From contig JASMDC010000013.1 of NCBI GenBank assembly GCA_030753015.1, positions 25,216-89,215 of the forward strand: a stretch of DNA of 64,000 nucleotides. Reading direction: 5' to 3'. This document shows positions 9,649 to 18,519 of the stretch, piece by piece. The notes below the pieces were generated by a model that saw only the letters and a program-made list of their open reading frames with translations, had not been told where the DNA came from and ran no database searches. The stretch comes from Candidatus Undinarchaeales archaeon. Its GTDB lineage: Archaea; SpSt-1190; JASMDC01. Within the stretch, counting starts at the first letter, position 1, and each line of letters opens with the position of its first letter. The position numbers and the translations under genes are program-made.

Positions 9649-11052
9649 ATGTCCGACCGGTACGATATCGTGGTCATCGGCGGCGGCCCCGGCGGCTACT
9701 CAGCTGCCATCAGGGCGGCCCACCAGGACCTTTCCGTCGCCATCGTCGAGGAGGACAGGCTTGGAGGCACCTGCCTGAACCGCGGTTGTATACCGACCAA
9801 GGCGCTGATCGCCTCGAGCTCGCGCTTCGCCTCCCTCGCCACGCTAGAAGAGCACGGTATCTCGGTCAAGAGCCAGTCCTTCTCCTACGGTGCGATGGCC
9901 TCCCGGAAGGACCGTGTGGTCGAAGCGATAGTATCCTCCCTGGAGAAGCTCGTAGCAGGTAACGGTATCACTGTGGTCACGGGCCGCGGACGGATCGTCG
10001 ACGGTGGCACCGCGGTGGAAGTGGCCCTCACTGACGGTGGGACACAAAGGCTCGAGGCGGGGACGCTCATCATCGCCACCGGCTCACGGACCGCTTGCTT
10101 GCCCTTCATTACTCCGGACCATGAACACATCCTCTTCTCGGACGATCTCCTGAAGCTCACCGAGCTGCCAGCGAGCCTTACCATCATCGGTGGGGGCGTC
10201 ATCGGGTGCGAGTGGGCCTCGATCCTCGCTGACCTGGGGTGCAATGTGACCATCGTCGAGCTTATGCCCACTCTGCTCCCCGGCATGGACAGGATGGCCG
10301 CGAACCTGGTGAAGCGGAGCCTGAAGAGCAAGGGCGTCACCATCAATACCAAGGTCTGCGTGACCGGTGTGAGCGTTGACGGGAACTATACCGTGACGAC
10401 GCTCGAGTCCGGTGAGGATGTACGCTCGGAACGGACCCTCGTGTGTGTTGGCCGGTCCTGCAACACCGAGGACCTCGGTCTGGAGGAGGCCGGTGTGGAG
10501 CTAGAGAAGGGACACATTGTCGTGGACAGGTTCCTACGGACAGATAACGACCACATCTTCGCCGTGGGCGATGTAGTGGGAGGGCTCATGCTCGCCCACA
10601 AGGCAAGCTGGGAGGGGGAGGTGGCCGTCCACAACATACTCCACCCTGATGAGATGGTCGACGCCACCGACGCGCTCATCCCTTCGGTGGTGTTCACGAG
10701 CCCGGAGATCGCCATGTTCGGTAGGACCGAGAACGAACTCAAGGCAGAGGACATCGCCTTCCGGGCAGGGAGGTTCTCCTTCGCTGCCAACGGCAAGTCC
10801 TTGTGCTCAGGAGAGTCGGACGGTTTCGTCAAGGTCCTCGTGGGCGAGGACGGATGCATCCTCGGCGCCATCATCGTGGGCCCGGACGCATCGTCCCTCA
10901 TCCCGTCGCTGCTCGTCCCGACCGTCACGGGTGTGACCGTGGAGCTGATCTCCGATGTCGTGTTCCCCCACCCCACTCTCGGCGAGGCAGTGAAGGAGGC
11001 AGTGGACGACGCCCAAGGGAGGGCGCTGCACAAGACTGCCCCGAAGCGGTGA
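9649..11052 (+). CDS. lpdA: Dihydrolipoyl dehydrogenase
   Basis: GGGPGG FAD motif, GGTCLNRGCIPTK redox disulfide, GGGVIG NAD motif, HPTLGE catalytic His-Glu. Confidence 0.95.
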   Translation: MSDRYDIVVIGGGPGGYSAAIRAAHQDLSVAIVEEDRLGGTCLNRGCIPTKALIASSSRFASLATLEEHGISVKSQSFSYGAMASRKDRVVEAIVSSLEKLVAGNGITVVTGRGRIVDGGTAVEVALTDGGTQRLEAGTLIIATGSRTACLPFITPDHEHILFSDDLLKLTELPASLTIIGGGVIGCEWASILADLGCNVTIVELMPTLLPGMDRMAANLVKRSLKSKGVTINTKVCVTGVSVDGNYTVTTLESGEDVRSERTLVCVGRSCNTEDLGLEEAGVELEKGHIVVDRFLRTDNDHIFAVGDVVGGLMLAHKASWEGEVAVHNILHPDEMVDATDALIPSVVFTSPEIAMFGRTENELKAEDIAFRAGRFSFAANGKSLCSGESDGFVKVLVGEDGCILGAIIVGPDASSLIPSLLVPTVTGVTVELISDVVFPHPTLGEAVKEAVDDAQGRALHKTAPKR

Positions 11053-11060
11053 CAATACCT

Positions 11061-11200
11061 GTGAACTACCCCTCTCCAAGTGGAGGGGCTTCCCGCTTCG
11101 ACGCTGTTTCCAGCTCCACGGGCGCATCGGGTGGTCCCCACCCTGATCTATCCTGAATGTTGATCGCAGCGTTCAGGTCGCGGTCTATTGTCAGCCCGAG
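11061..11200 (-). mobile_element. tnpB: IS200/IS605-family remnant: tnpB C-terminal fragment plus right end / omegaRNA region
   Basis: Minus strand encodes GLTIDRDLNAAINI (TnpB RuvC-III motif), followed by GAAGCCCCTCCACTTGGAGAGGGGTAGTTCAC (right-end hairpin ending TCAC at 11061). The rest of tnpB and tnpA are absent; a possible left end lies near 11545-11577. Confidence 0.8.
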
Positions 11201-11661
11201 GGTGATCCGGCCCAGACTATCGATGGAAACGTTCAGATCTCCTTCCATTACCAGACTGGGTCGAGGCATCTGCACGTGCACGAGGACCTCCCTCAGAGCG
11301 CACCATGCTATGGGCATCCATCACCCTGCCCCTGGAAGACCACGACCCCGACCGATCAGCCAGCATTCTCATCTTTGCTCATCGTTGGCCGGTTTTAGGT
11401 CTCCAGGACGCGACTGTTATCGCCTCTGGTCAATGATTGTCCTTGGTGGTCACCCCTATAGGTATTAGGCCGTTCATCATTATATCCCAAAGGGAGGTGG
11501 CGTGCCGGTACTCGTCCGGAAAGTAACTTTCGGGTCCGTCCCCCCCACGCCCCATCGGAAGGGGATTTCCCGCCAAAATAAATAAAGAGTTAAATCTTGG
11601 GAACGCTCAACCTGCGGTGCTGCTCGCAGGACGCCTTCCCAAGGCGTGAGGGCGGCGGTTC

Positions 11662-11763
11662 GGGCTCGTAGCTCAGCCGGTTAGAGCGCCGGTCTTATAT
11701 GGCCTGTGCTCATACACAGCCTAGGACAGCCGGAGGTCAGGGGTTCAAGCCCCCTCGGGCCCA
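11662..11763 (+). tRNA. trnI: tRNA-Ile(UAU) with 28-nt canonical 37/38 intron (11700-11727)
   Basis: Full cloverleaf: acceptor GGGCTCG/CGGGCCC, anticodon TAT at 11696-11698, T arm AGGGG-TTCAAGC-CCCCT. BHB: CUUA pairs with intron UAGG, bulges UAU and ACA, outer helix GGC(C)UGUG/CACAGCC. Confidence 0.93.
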
Positions 11764-11764
11764 T

Positions 11765-11788
11765 GGGGGAGGTCGTTGGGCCTCCCCC
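11765..11788 (+). terminator. GC hairpin directly after tRNA-Ile (terminator or processing signal)
   Basis: GGGGGAGG-tcgttggg-CCTCCCCC 8-bp stem, followed shortly by TTT. Confidence 0.45.
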
Positions 11789-11858
11789 GATAACTTTGTC
11801 GTCCTGCTCGAGCTGCGGTCATTATATATCCTATAACTGATTAAGAATTAGGGGGACG

Positions 11859-13871
11859 ATGGCGAGGACAATCATTGCCGTGCTCATCGTGGTGTCATTG
11901 CTGACAACTGCCCCGGTATCGGTGGAGGCGAACTGGGACGCGCTCGGCGGTGGCAAGGCCTACAACGGCATGACGTCCTTCTTCAAGGTTACCGTCATGA
12001 ACCGGGACCGGGACGATGGTGTACGGACATCACTGCTCGTCACCGTGGACAGCGAGGACCTCCATCTGTCAGGTCCGCTGGACTGGCAGAACGTCCTTCT
12101 CAACCGGGCCATGTACACCATTCCTTTCCACCATGGCGAGGAGGACATGGTGCTCGAGACCGAGGCCGTGGAAGTGTTATACGGTAATCCGGCGACTTAC
12201 TACTTCGGTATCGAACCCGACGAGGAGTGCGAGACCGGGACCTACCGCGTCAACATCGGCGTCCAGGCGATGAACCCGGACGGGACCTGGGCCATCGTCG
12301 AGTCCAAGGTACTCATGTTGAGGGTGGAGGAGAGCATCGAAGTGGTTCTCCCCAGTATGGAGCTCTTCGTGGGCGGCGAGGCCAAGAAGATAGCCCTCCT
12401 GGTGAGGAACCGCGGACGTGCTGTAGAGAAGATCGAGGAAGTCTCGGCGACCTTCGAGGTACTCACACCGGAGTGCGATGGCCAGCTCCTCTTCTGTGAC
12501 CTGACCAACCGGCCGTGCGATGCGACCGAATGGCGGTTCCGTCCCCAGCGTAAGGATTCGCTCGTCAATACCGAGGATAATCCCATCATTCCCTACACCA
12601 TCAGGGTGGATGAGAGGTTCCGTTGCGATGATTCAGAATATTGCGGGATGTGCGACATCCGGGTCAATGTCACGTACATAACGTCCTACACCGACCTCCT
12701 CCTCAAGCGCAGCTACTCGTCCCAGATAAAGGCCGATGGCCTGGCGCCCATCACCGTCCGGGCCGGTGAGCGATCCGACGTCCATGTACGGCTCGTCGGT
12801 GCCCGGGCGCAGGACGGTGAGCTCCATTATGACGGCATCCCCGGCGAAGATCTCGAGATCCCACTCCTCATTAAGAACACAGGCAGAGGCTATGCTCACA
12901 GCTGCGAGGCGCTGATAGCTGTTCCGTCCTTCCGCGGAATGGCCGCATACGACATCCTCCAGATAGTATCTCCCTTCGAGGGCCAGGCGGTCGGGGAAGA
13001 CCTGGTGAGCGACGGAGTAGTCCTTGATAGGCTCGCACCGGACGAGCTCAGGGAGGTCAGGTACGTCCTGCGCATCAGCCCTGACGCACAAGACAACCTT
13101 GACAGGATGCCCGTTTTTTTCGAATTGGAATGCATGGACGGGTTCGGACGACAGTACACTGCCGAGAAGGACGGTGGATGGGACGATTTCTACATCACCG
13201 TGTCCCGACCGATTCCGCCCGAGCTCGCGCTCGATGTCACAGCATCAAGTGACGTCATCGACGGCGATCCTTTCAATGTCGACATCACGCTCACCAACAT
13301 GGCCCCCACTCCCGCTCACGATTGTACACTGTCCGCCAGCTGGTCCGGGCCGGTCCCTGTGGCCGGTGACGGGCACCTCTCCCTCAGCCGCCAGCTCGGA
13401 CGTGACACGCCCTACTCGCGTGTCATGGAGTTCACGGTCGTGGTGTCGGAGGACATCAAGGCCACTTGGCAGGGTGCGGCCCCTGGATCGATACGCATCA
13501 GTGGCACCTTCACGGCCTGGTGCACGGACCCGCGAGGAGTGAGCCTCGCCACGACATCGAGGTCGCTGAGCATCGCTGTGCGGGAGCGCGAGTCCGCGTT
13601 CATGAAACGCCGCGACCGCTCATGGGCGAGCCCCGGCCGCTCATGGACGAGCCCCGGTACTGTCGAGCAGGATGTCGTCGATGTGGAGGACAAGCTGGCC
13701 TGGCGAGGTATCCTCGGACTGGGGGTATTGGTCGTATTCATCTGGCTGATCGTCATGCTCAATCATCTCCAGCGGATGATGTCCGCACCCTTCACGGCCG
13801 TGTCCGATGAGGAACGGGACAGGAAGATGCGCGATAAGGAATCGTCCGACGAGGACGTGGATGAGCTGTAG
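11859..13871 (+). CDS. Secreted, C-terminally anchored multi-Ig-fold surface protein (COG1361/S-layer-like)
   Basis: Signal peptide; repeated (V/I)xNxG beta-sandwich motifs; C-terminal TM helix and acidic tail. Confidence 0.7.
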   Translation: MARTIIAVLIVVSLLTTAPVSVEANWDALGGGKAYNGMTSFFKVTVMNRDRDDGVRTSLLVTVDSEDLHLSGPLDWQNVLLNRAMYTIPFHHGEEDMVLETEAVEVLYGNPATYYFGIEPDEECETGTYRVNIGVQAMNPDGTWAIVESKVLMLRVEESIEVVLPSMELFVGGEAKKIALLVRNRGRAVEKIEEVSATFEVLTPECDGQLLFCDLTNRPCDATEWRFRPQRKDSLVNTEDNPIIPYTIRVDERFRCDDSEYCGMCDIRVNVTYITSYTDLLLKRSYSSQIKADGLAPITVRAGERSDVHVRLVGARAQDGELHYDGIPGEDLEIPLLIKNTGRGYAHSCEALIAVPSFRGMAAYDILQIVSPFEGQAVGEDLVSDGVVLDRLAPDELREVRYVLRISPDAQDNLDRMPVFFELECMDGFGRQYTAEKDGGWDDFYITVSRPIPPELALDVTASSDVIDGDPFNVDITLTNMAPTPAHDCTLSASWSGPVPVAGDGHLSLSRQLGRDTPYSRVMEFTVVVSEDIKATWQGAAPGSIRISGTFTAWCTDPRGVSLATTSRSLSIAVRERESAFMKRRDRSWASPGRSWTSPGTVEQDVVDVEDKLAWRGILGLGVLVVFIWLIVMLNHLQRMMSAPFTAVSDEERDRKMRDKESSDEDVDEL

Positions 13872-13940
13872 GCCACAAGCCCGAAAGTGGGAGTGCGTTG
13901 GTTGACAGGTTTTTAATAATCCACAGACATTTCGGAGACC

Positions 13941-15302
13941 ATGAAGGTCACGGTCCTCAACGGCAGCCCCAAGGGCGACGTCTCCGTCACCATGCAGTAC
14001 GTCGGCTATATCCGCAAGCGCTTCCCCGGGCACGAGTACGTGGTGCATGACATCTCGCAACGGGTCAAGAAGCTGGAAGGTAACTTGACCGCGTTCAAGG
14101 AGGTTGTCGACGACGTCGGTTCATCGGATGTTGTACTGTGGGCCTTCCCCCTTTATCACATGCTGGTCCCCTCCCAGTACAAACGGTTCATCGAGCTGGT
14201 TTCTGAGAAGGATGCGGTTGATGCTTTCAAGGAAAAGTATGCTGCGGTCCTGACCACGTCCATCCACTTCTTCGACCACACCGCTCACGCCTACATGCAT
14301 GCCATCTGCGACGACCTGGGGATGCGGTACGTCGGCTTCCATTCGGCCGAAATGAGCGACCTGCTGAAAGAGAAGGGTCGCGACCAGCTCGTTCTGTTCG
14401 CAGAGGATTTCTTCGACGCTGCCGAGCGCAAGAGGGTCACATCACGGGCGAACCCTCCCGTGAACACACGCTCCTGGAACTACCTTCCCGGTGCAGTCGC
14501 CGGGGCCATCGATACGAAGGGCAAGCAGATTATCGTGCTCACAGACGGGACCGGGGGGAACCTGGGGCGGATGGTTGAGCGCTTCACTGAGAGCCTCGCT
14601 GGTAAGGTGGAGGTCCACGACATCAATGACATCCCACTGAAGAACGGCTGTCTGGGATGCTGCAACTGTGGGCTGGACAACGAGTGCTCCCAGAAGGACG
14701 GCTTCCCGGAGTTCTTCAATGAGAAGGTCCGTACGGCGGATGTCGTCGTGTACGCGGGGAAGGTGACCGACCGCCACCTCTCCTCCCAATGGAAGAAGTT
14801 CATCGACCGCACGTTCTTCCACAACCACGTCCCGGCGCTCAAGGGTAAACAGCTCGGTTGGATCATTGCGGGGCCGCTAGGCCAGCTCCCCACGCTCAGG
14901 GCGACCTTGGAGGGCGAGGCCGAACTGGGTAGGATTAACCTCGTGGACATCGTGACCGACGAGTCCGGTGACAACGAGACCGTGGACACCATGATCCAAT
15001 CCCTCGCAGAGCGCCTCATCAGGCATTCCTGCTCAGGATACATGCGGACGCGCACGTTCCTTGGTGTGGGGGGTGACAAGCTATTTCGCGACTTCGTGTA
15101 CAATAGCCGGTTCGTGTTCCAGGCCGACCATGCTTACTACAAGAAGCACGGATTCTACGACTTCCCCCAGCACGAGTACGGAACGCGACTCCTTAATACT
15201 GTAATGACCGGGCTGACGTGGATTCCGCAGTTCAGGAAGGAGTTCAAGAAGCGTACGACCTCCGAAATGATCAAACCGTTCCAGAGACTGCTCGATGAGT
15301 AA
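13941..15302 (+). CDS. Two-domain NAD(P)H-dependent FMN oxidoreductase / iron-sulfur flavoprotein
   Basis: N-terminal LNGSPKG flavodoxin-like motif; second domain with CLGCCNC-x5-C (Isf-type cluster). Confidence 0.85.
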   Translation: MKVTVLNGSPKGDVSVTMQYVGYIRKRFPGHEYVVHDISQRVKKLEGNLTAFKEVVDDVGSSDVVLWAFPLYHMLVPSQYKRFIELVSEKDAVDAFKEKYAAVLTTSIHFFDHTAHAYMHAICDDLGMRYVGFHSAEMSDLLKEKGRDQLVLFAEDFFDAAERKRVTSRANPPVNTRSWNYLPGAVAGAIDTKGKQIIVLTDGTGGNLGRMVERFTESLAGKVEVHDINDIPLKNGCLGCCNCGLDNECSQKDGFPEFFNEKVRTADVVVYAGKVTDRHLSSQWKKFIDRTFFHNHVPALKGKQLGWIIAGPLGQLPTLRATLEGEAELGRINLVDIVTDESGDNETVDTMIQSLAERLIRHSCSGYMRTRTFLGVGGDKLFRDFVYNSRFVFQADHAYYKKHGFYDFPQHEYGTRLLNTVMTGLTWIPQFRKEFKKRTTSEMIKPFQRLLDE

Positions 15303-15621
15303 GCAATTGATGGAGAATGGTGCGCCGGTCGAGAACAAAGCGCACACTCACGAGTAATTGTTTACAGATTCACACGTAGAGGGCCGCATTCTAGGGAAGA
15401 AGGGATAGAATGATGTACAGTAGTCCAGACCAAGACGACCTGCTGATGGGCCGGAAAGGTACGAAATTTAAAGACACTCGATAACAGAATCCATAGGTGG
15501 CAGAAATGGATTCTAACAAACCTACATCAGTGGCCTACAGCCAGGGGATAACCGCACTCATCTTCGTGTCGGCGCTCCTCGGGTTGTTCATCATGCCCAT
15601 GGAGGGGTTCGGGCCGTCGGA

Positions 15622-17320
15622 CCCTGATGTGCCCCCTTTTGACACTACACGGGCTCAATAGAGCTTCCGTTCAACGTTATCATTTCGAAAGCTTTAAATC
15701 AGGGTAGTGATAATAACACTACATGACCTTCATTCGCCGTATCAAGAGGGGCGACAGCACTTATGTGTACAATGTGCGGACCTACCGTGAGAAGGGTACC
15801 GGCAAAGTCAAGCAGGATACCGAGTACCTCGGCAAAGAGGTAGAGAAGGACGGCGAGACCACCATCATTCCACCCAAGAGAAGGACAAAGGGATTGCGCT
15901 CGATCCTGGATTACGGTGAGCCCATGGCCCTCTACAAGCTCGCCAAGGAGTTCGGCCTGCCCGAGGTCATCGATTCCTGCATCGCGCCACACACGAGGAT
16001 CGATGACATCGGCCTGAAGACCACCATCCTGGCCATCAACAAGGTCACTGCGGACGCGAGCCTCAGGGCGACAGGCTCCTGGTTCTCCCGCACGGCCCTC
16101 AGGGAGCGCGTCGATCTCACGTCGGCCGACCTCACCCCCAAGTGTGTCAGAGGCATCCTCTCGCTCCTCTCCAAGGAGACGCCCGACGTGACGGGGTTGA
16201 TCGAGGAGGGCATTGCGCGGCGCATCAAGAAGCTGTACAGCGATGATCTCGACACGCTCGTCTACGACCTGACGCCCATGACGTACTACGGCGACTGCAA
16301 CGACCTTGCCCGGTACGGCCATGCCTACCGTAGCACGGGGGAGAAGCAGGTGAACATGGTCCTTGCCGTGACCATGGGCCACCGCCTCCCCATCCATCAC
16401 AAGGTGCTCCCTGGCAACATCGTCAGCGTTTCCACCATCCGCACGTTCCTCAAGGAGCTGGAGGTCTTCGGGGTCAAGAACCTCGTCCTGGTGCTCGATC
16501 GTGGCTTTTACAGCAAGAGGAACATCGAGGAGATCCTGGGCGCGAAGCACGACGTCATCGGCGCGCTGGCATCGAACCTGAACCTGACCAAGCGGGCGCT
16601 CACCAAGAGCGTCGGCATGGAGAACTCCCGGAACCGTATCAGGTATCCGGGGGCCGTGACCTTCGCCAAGGAGTTCAAGGAGGACGATATCAGGGCCTTC
16701 GTCTACCACGATTCGGAGCGGCGGAGCCGCCAGCTCACCAGCTTCTACGAGGGCCTCACCGAGGTGGAGCGGAAGCTGGACGATCTGGGTGAGGTGGCGT
16801 TCCCGATCAAGGACGAGATGCTGGGGGAGCTGCACGGCGTGTGCGGTGACTACGCCGGGTACATCCGAGTCACGCCGACGTTCTCCGAGGACTGGTCGTT
16901 CACCTACCGGGTGAAGCACAAGGCGGTCCAGAGGACGACCAACCGGTTCGGGAAGACCGTCCTCTTCACCTCCACGAGTTTGAATGCCGTGGACGTGCTG
17001 AAGCTCTATCGGGAGAAGGACGTGATCGACAAGACCTTCAGGCTGATGAAGGACCGCGGGCTCGGGCCACTGCAGGCGAACCTCGAGGGATCGACGAGAG
17101 CTCGGGTATTCCTGGCGTACCTGGGCTACCTGATGCTCTGCCTTCTGCGAATGAAGCTGAAGGAGGAGACCTCCCTGGAGGAAGCGCTCTCACGGCTTGG
17201 TGAAGTGAGGGAGGTGCTCTACAAGGATGGATCACGGGAACTGCCAGAGCTCACGAAGCAGCAGAAGGCGGTCCTCAAGATGCTCGGGATGATGTAGTGA
17301 TAAAAACGGGCACATCTGGG
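15622..17320 (+). mobile_element. IS1634-family insertion sequence, 1699 bp
   Basis: Imperfect 27-bp TIRs (CCCTGATGTGCCCCCTTTTGACACTAC / GTAGTGATAAAAACGGGCACATCTGGG); 6-bp TSD GTCGGA at 15616-15621 and 17321-17326. Confidence 0.92.
15723..17297 (+). CDS. IS1634-family DDE transposase
   Basis: N-terminal YVY...YREKGTGKVKQ...YLGK; VYDLT, LDRGFYS and YREKDVIDKTFR motifs. Confidence 0.92.
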   Translation: MTFIRRIKRGDSTYVYNVRTYREKGTGKVKQDTEYLGKEVEKDGETTIIPPKRRTKGLRSILDYGEPMALYKLAKEFGLPEVIDSCIAPHTRIDDIGLKTTILAINKVTADASLRATGSWFSRTALRERVDLTSADLTPKCVRGILSLLSKETPDVTGLIEEGIARRIKKLYSDDLDTLVYDLTPMTYYGDCNDLARYGHAYRSTGEKQVNMVLAVTMGHRLPIHHKVLPGNIVSVSTIRTFLKELEVFGVKNLVLVLDRGFYSKRNIEEILGAKHDVIGALASNLNLTKRALTKSVGMENSRNRIRYPGAVTFAKEFKEDDIRAFVYHDSERRSRQLTSFYEGLTEVERKLDDLGEVAFPIKDEMLGELHGVCGDYAGYIRVTPTFSEDWSFTYRVKHKAVQRTTNRFGKTVLFTSTSLNAVDVLKLYREKDVIDKTFRLMKDRGLGPLQANLEGSTRARVFLAYLGYLMLCLLRMKLKEETSLEEALSRLGEVREVLYKDGSRELPELTKQQKAVLKMLGMM

Positions 17321-17690
17321 GTCGGAGTACCTTGCCGCGCTGGAGACCAACCAGTTCATCGCAGGATTGATTTTCTACATCACAATCCTGGGCGCGGTGG
17401 CTTTGGGGCTCGCGTATATAATCCAAGAGATTGAGCGGACCCGGGCGGCTTGCCTCGAGAAGCTGTTCGACATGGACGAGAAACTTGGAATGCTGGTCGA
17501 GAAGAAGAAGTAGACTGGACGACAAGATCCTACCGCCTTGAACGTCAGGTTTCGGGACAGCGGCAACCACATCCAGAAGTTCTCGTAGACATAGGGTTCC
17601 CGGTGCACGAGCTCTCCGAAGGTAAGGAGGAGAAACCGAACACGCAAATCAATCCCCGAGTAAAGTCCTCCGAATCGGAGCGTAATCGGA

Positions 17691-17767
17691 TGGTGCGCCG
17701 GTCGGGATTTGAACCCGAGTTATCTGCGTGGCAGGCAGATGTCCTAGGCCAGCTAGACTACCGGCGC
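17691..17767 (-). tRNA. trnG: tRNA-Gly(GCC), CCA encoded
   Basis: Reverse complement GCGCCGGTAGTCTAGCTGGCCTAGGACATCTGCCTGCCACGCAGATAACTCGGGTTCAAATCCCGACCGGCGCACCA. Confidence 0.96.
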
Positions 17768-17846
17768 ACCTGACCTCGTGCCGGAGGAAGCCAAATCTTT
17801 TAAGGTTAGTGGTCGGCCTCCGGGCCTCCGTTGTAGCGCTTGTGGA

Positions 17847-18518
17847 CTACTTCATCCGCATGAGCCGGGCAGTGCGTCTGCGCCACTCCTTGTCGACTTC
17901 TCTGAGCTCCTGCTGGCACTTTTTCACGAGCTCTTCAATGCGCCTTCGCTTGACGTACTTCATGTAGTAGGGCAGTATGTGCTTGAGCACGGGATTGCGC
18001 TGCCAGATGAGCTCGAAGTCCATGTCCACGTACCAGGTGGTCCAGATGGCATAGGGGCCCGTGGGGGGCTCGCCATCGAGCCAGCCAACTCCCGGCGGGA
18101 AGGGCCGGTCCGGGATCCACAGGGTAAGGTACGGGATGCGGATCTGGGAGAACATATAGTCCTCCTCGCGCAGCATGATTCCGCCGTGGAGGATGATGTC
18201 GCGCACCCGTCGTGTGGCGAGGAAGAAGAAGTTCTCCATGATGCGGAACCCGCGCTCCTTCATGAGCTGGATGAAGGTATCCTCCACTTCGGGAAAGAGC
18301 TTGCCCACGTAGGTGAGCTCGAAGTTCTTTACCGCCACCTTGGACCAGCGGCCCGTGCGTCCACCTGTGCCGAAGGCGTCCACCCACGCCGGGTTCTGGC
18401 GCGAGCTGTAGATACCACCCCCGACAAACTCGGAGTCCTCCTCCTGCAGCAGCCCCATGAGGGTGGCGCCACGGGGGACCATCACGTCCGGCATGCCCAC
18501 GGGAAGGTTAATCGCCAT
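17847..18518 (-). CDS. Hypothetical protein, 223 aa
   Basis: GGAGG RBS; abuts the upstream gene stop; coding-like composition. Confidence 0.75.
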   Translation of the reverse strand: MAINLPVGMPDVMVPRGATLMGLLQEEDSEFVGGGIYSSRQNPAWVDAFGTGGRTGRWSKVAVKNFELTYVGKLFPEVEDTFIQLMKERGFRIMENFFFLATRRVRDIILHGGIMLREEDYMFSQIRIPYLTLWIPDRPFPPGVGWLDGEPPTGPYAIWTTWYVDMDFELIWQRNPVLKHILPYYMKYVKRRRIEELVKKCQQELREVDKEWRRRTARLMRMK

Positions 18519-18519
18519 C

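Larger units (their letters stand above)
15506..17513 (+). pseudogene. 100-aa two-TM membrane protein gene split by IS1634
   Basis: Joining 15506-15621 to 17327-17513 gives an intact 303-nt ORF: MDSNKPTSVAYSQGITALIFVSALLGLFIMPMEGFGPSEYLAALETNQFIAGLIFYITILGAVALGLAYIIQEIERTRAACLEKLFDMDEKLGMLVEKKK. Confidence 0.85.
15317..17704. mobile_element. Small tRNA-Gly-anchored island remnant (att-like 15-bp direct repeats)
   Basis: ATGGTGCGCCGGTCG at 15317-15331 and 17690-17704; the second copy is the tRNA-Gly 3' end including CCA. No integrase inside. Confidence 0.65.

Noticed and set aside
15699-16919. 406-aa antisense ORF within IS1634, and similar long antisense ORFs such as 27482-28633 and 43339-44397
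   Set aside because: They are mirror frames caused by strong GC3 bias on the coding strand and have no recognisable motifs.
17375-17647. 90-aa minus-strand ORF or integrase fragment next to tRNA-Gly
   Set aside because: TTG start, overlaps the split membrane gene antisense, and shows no tyrosine-recombinase motif.
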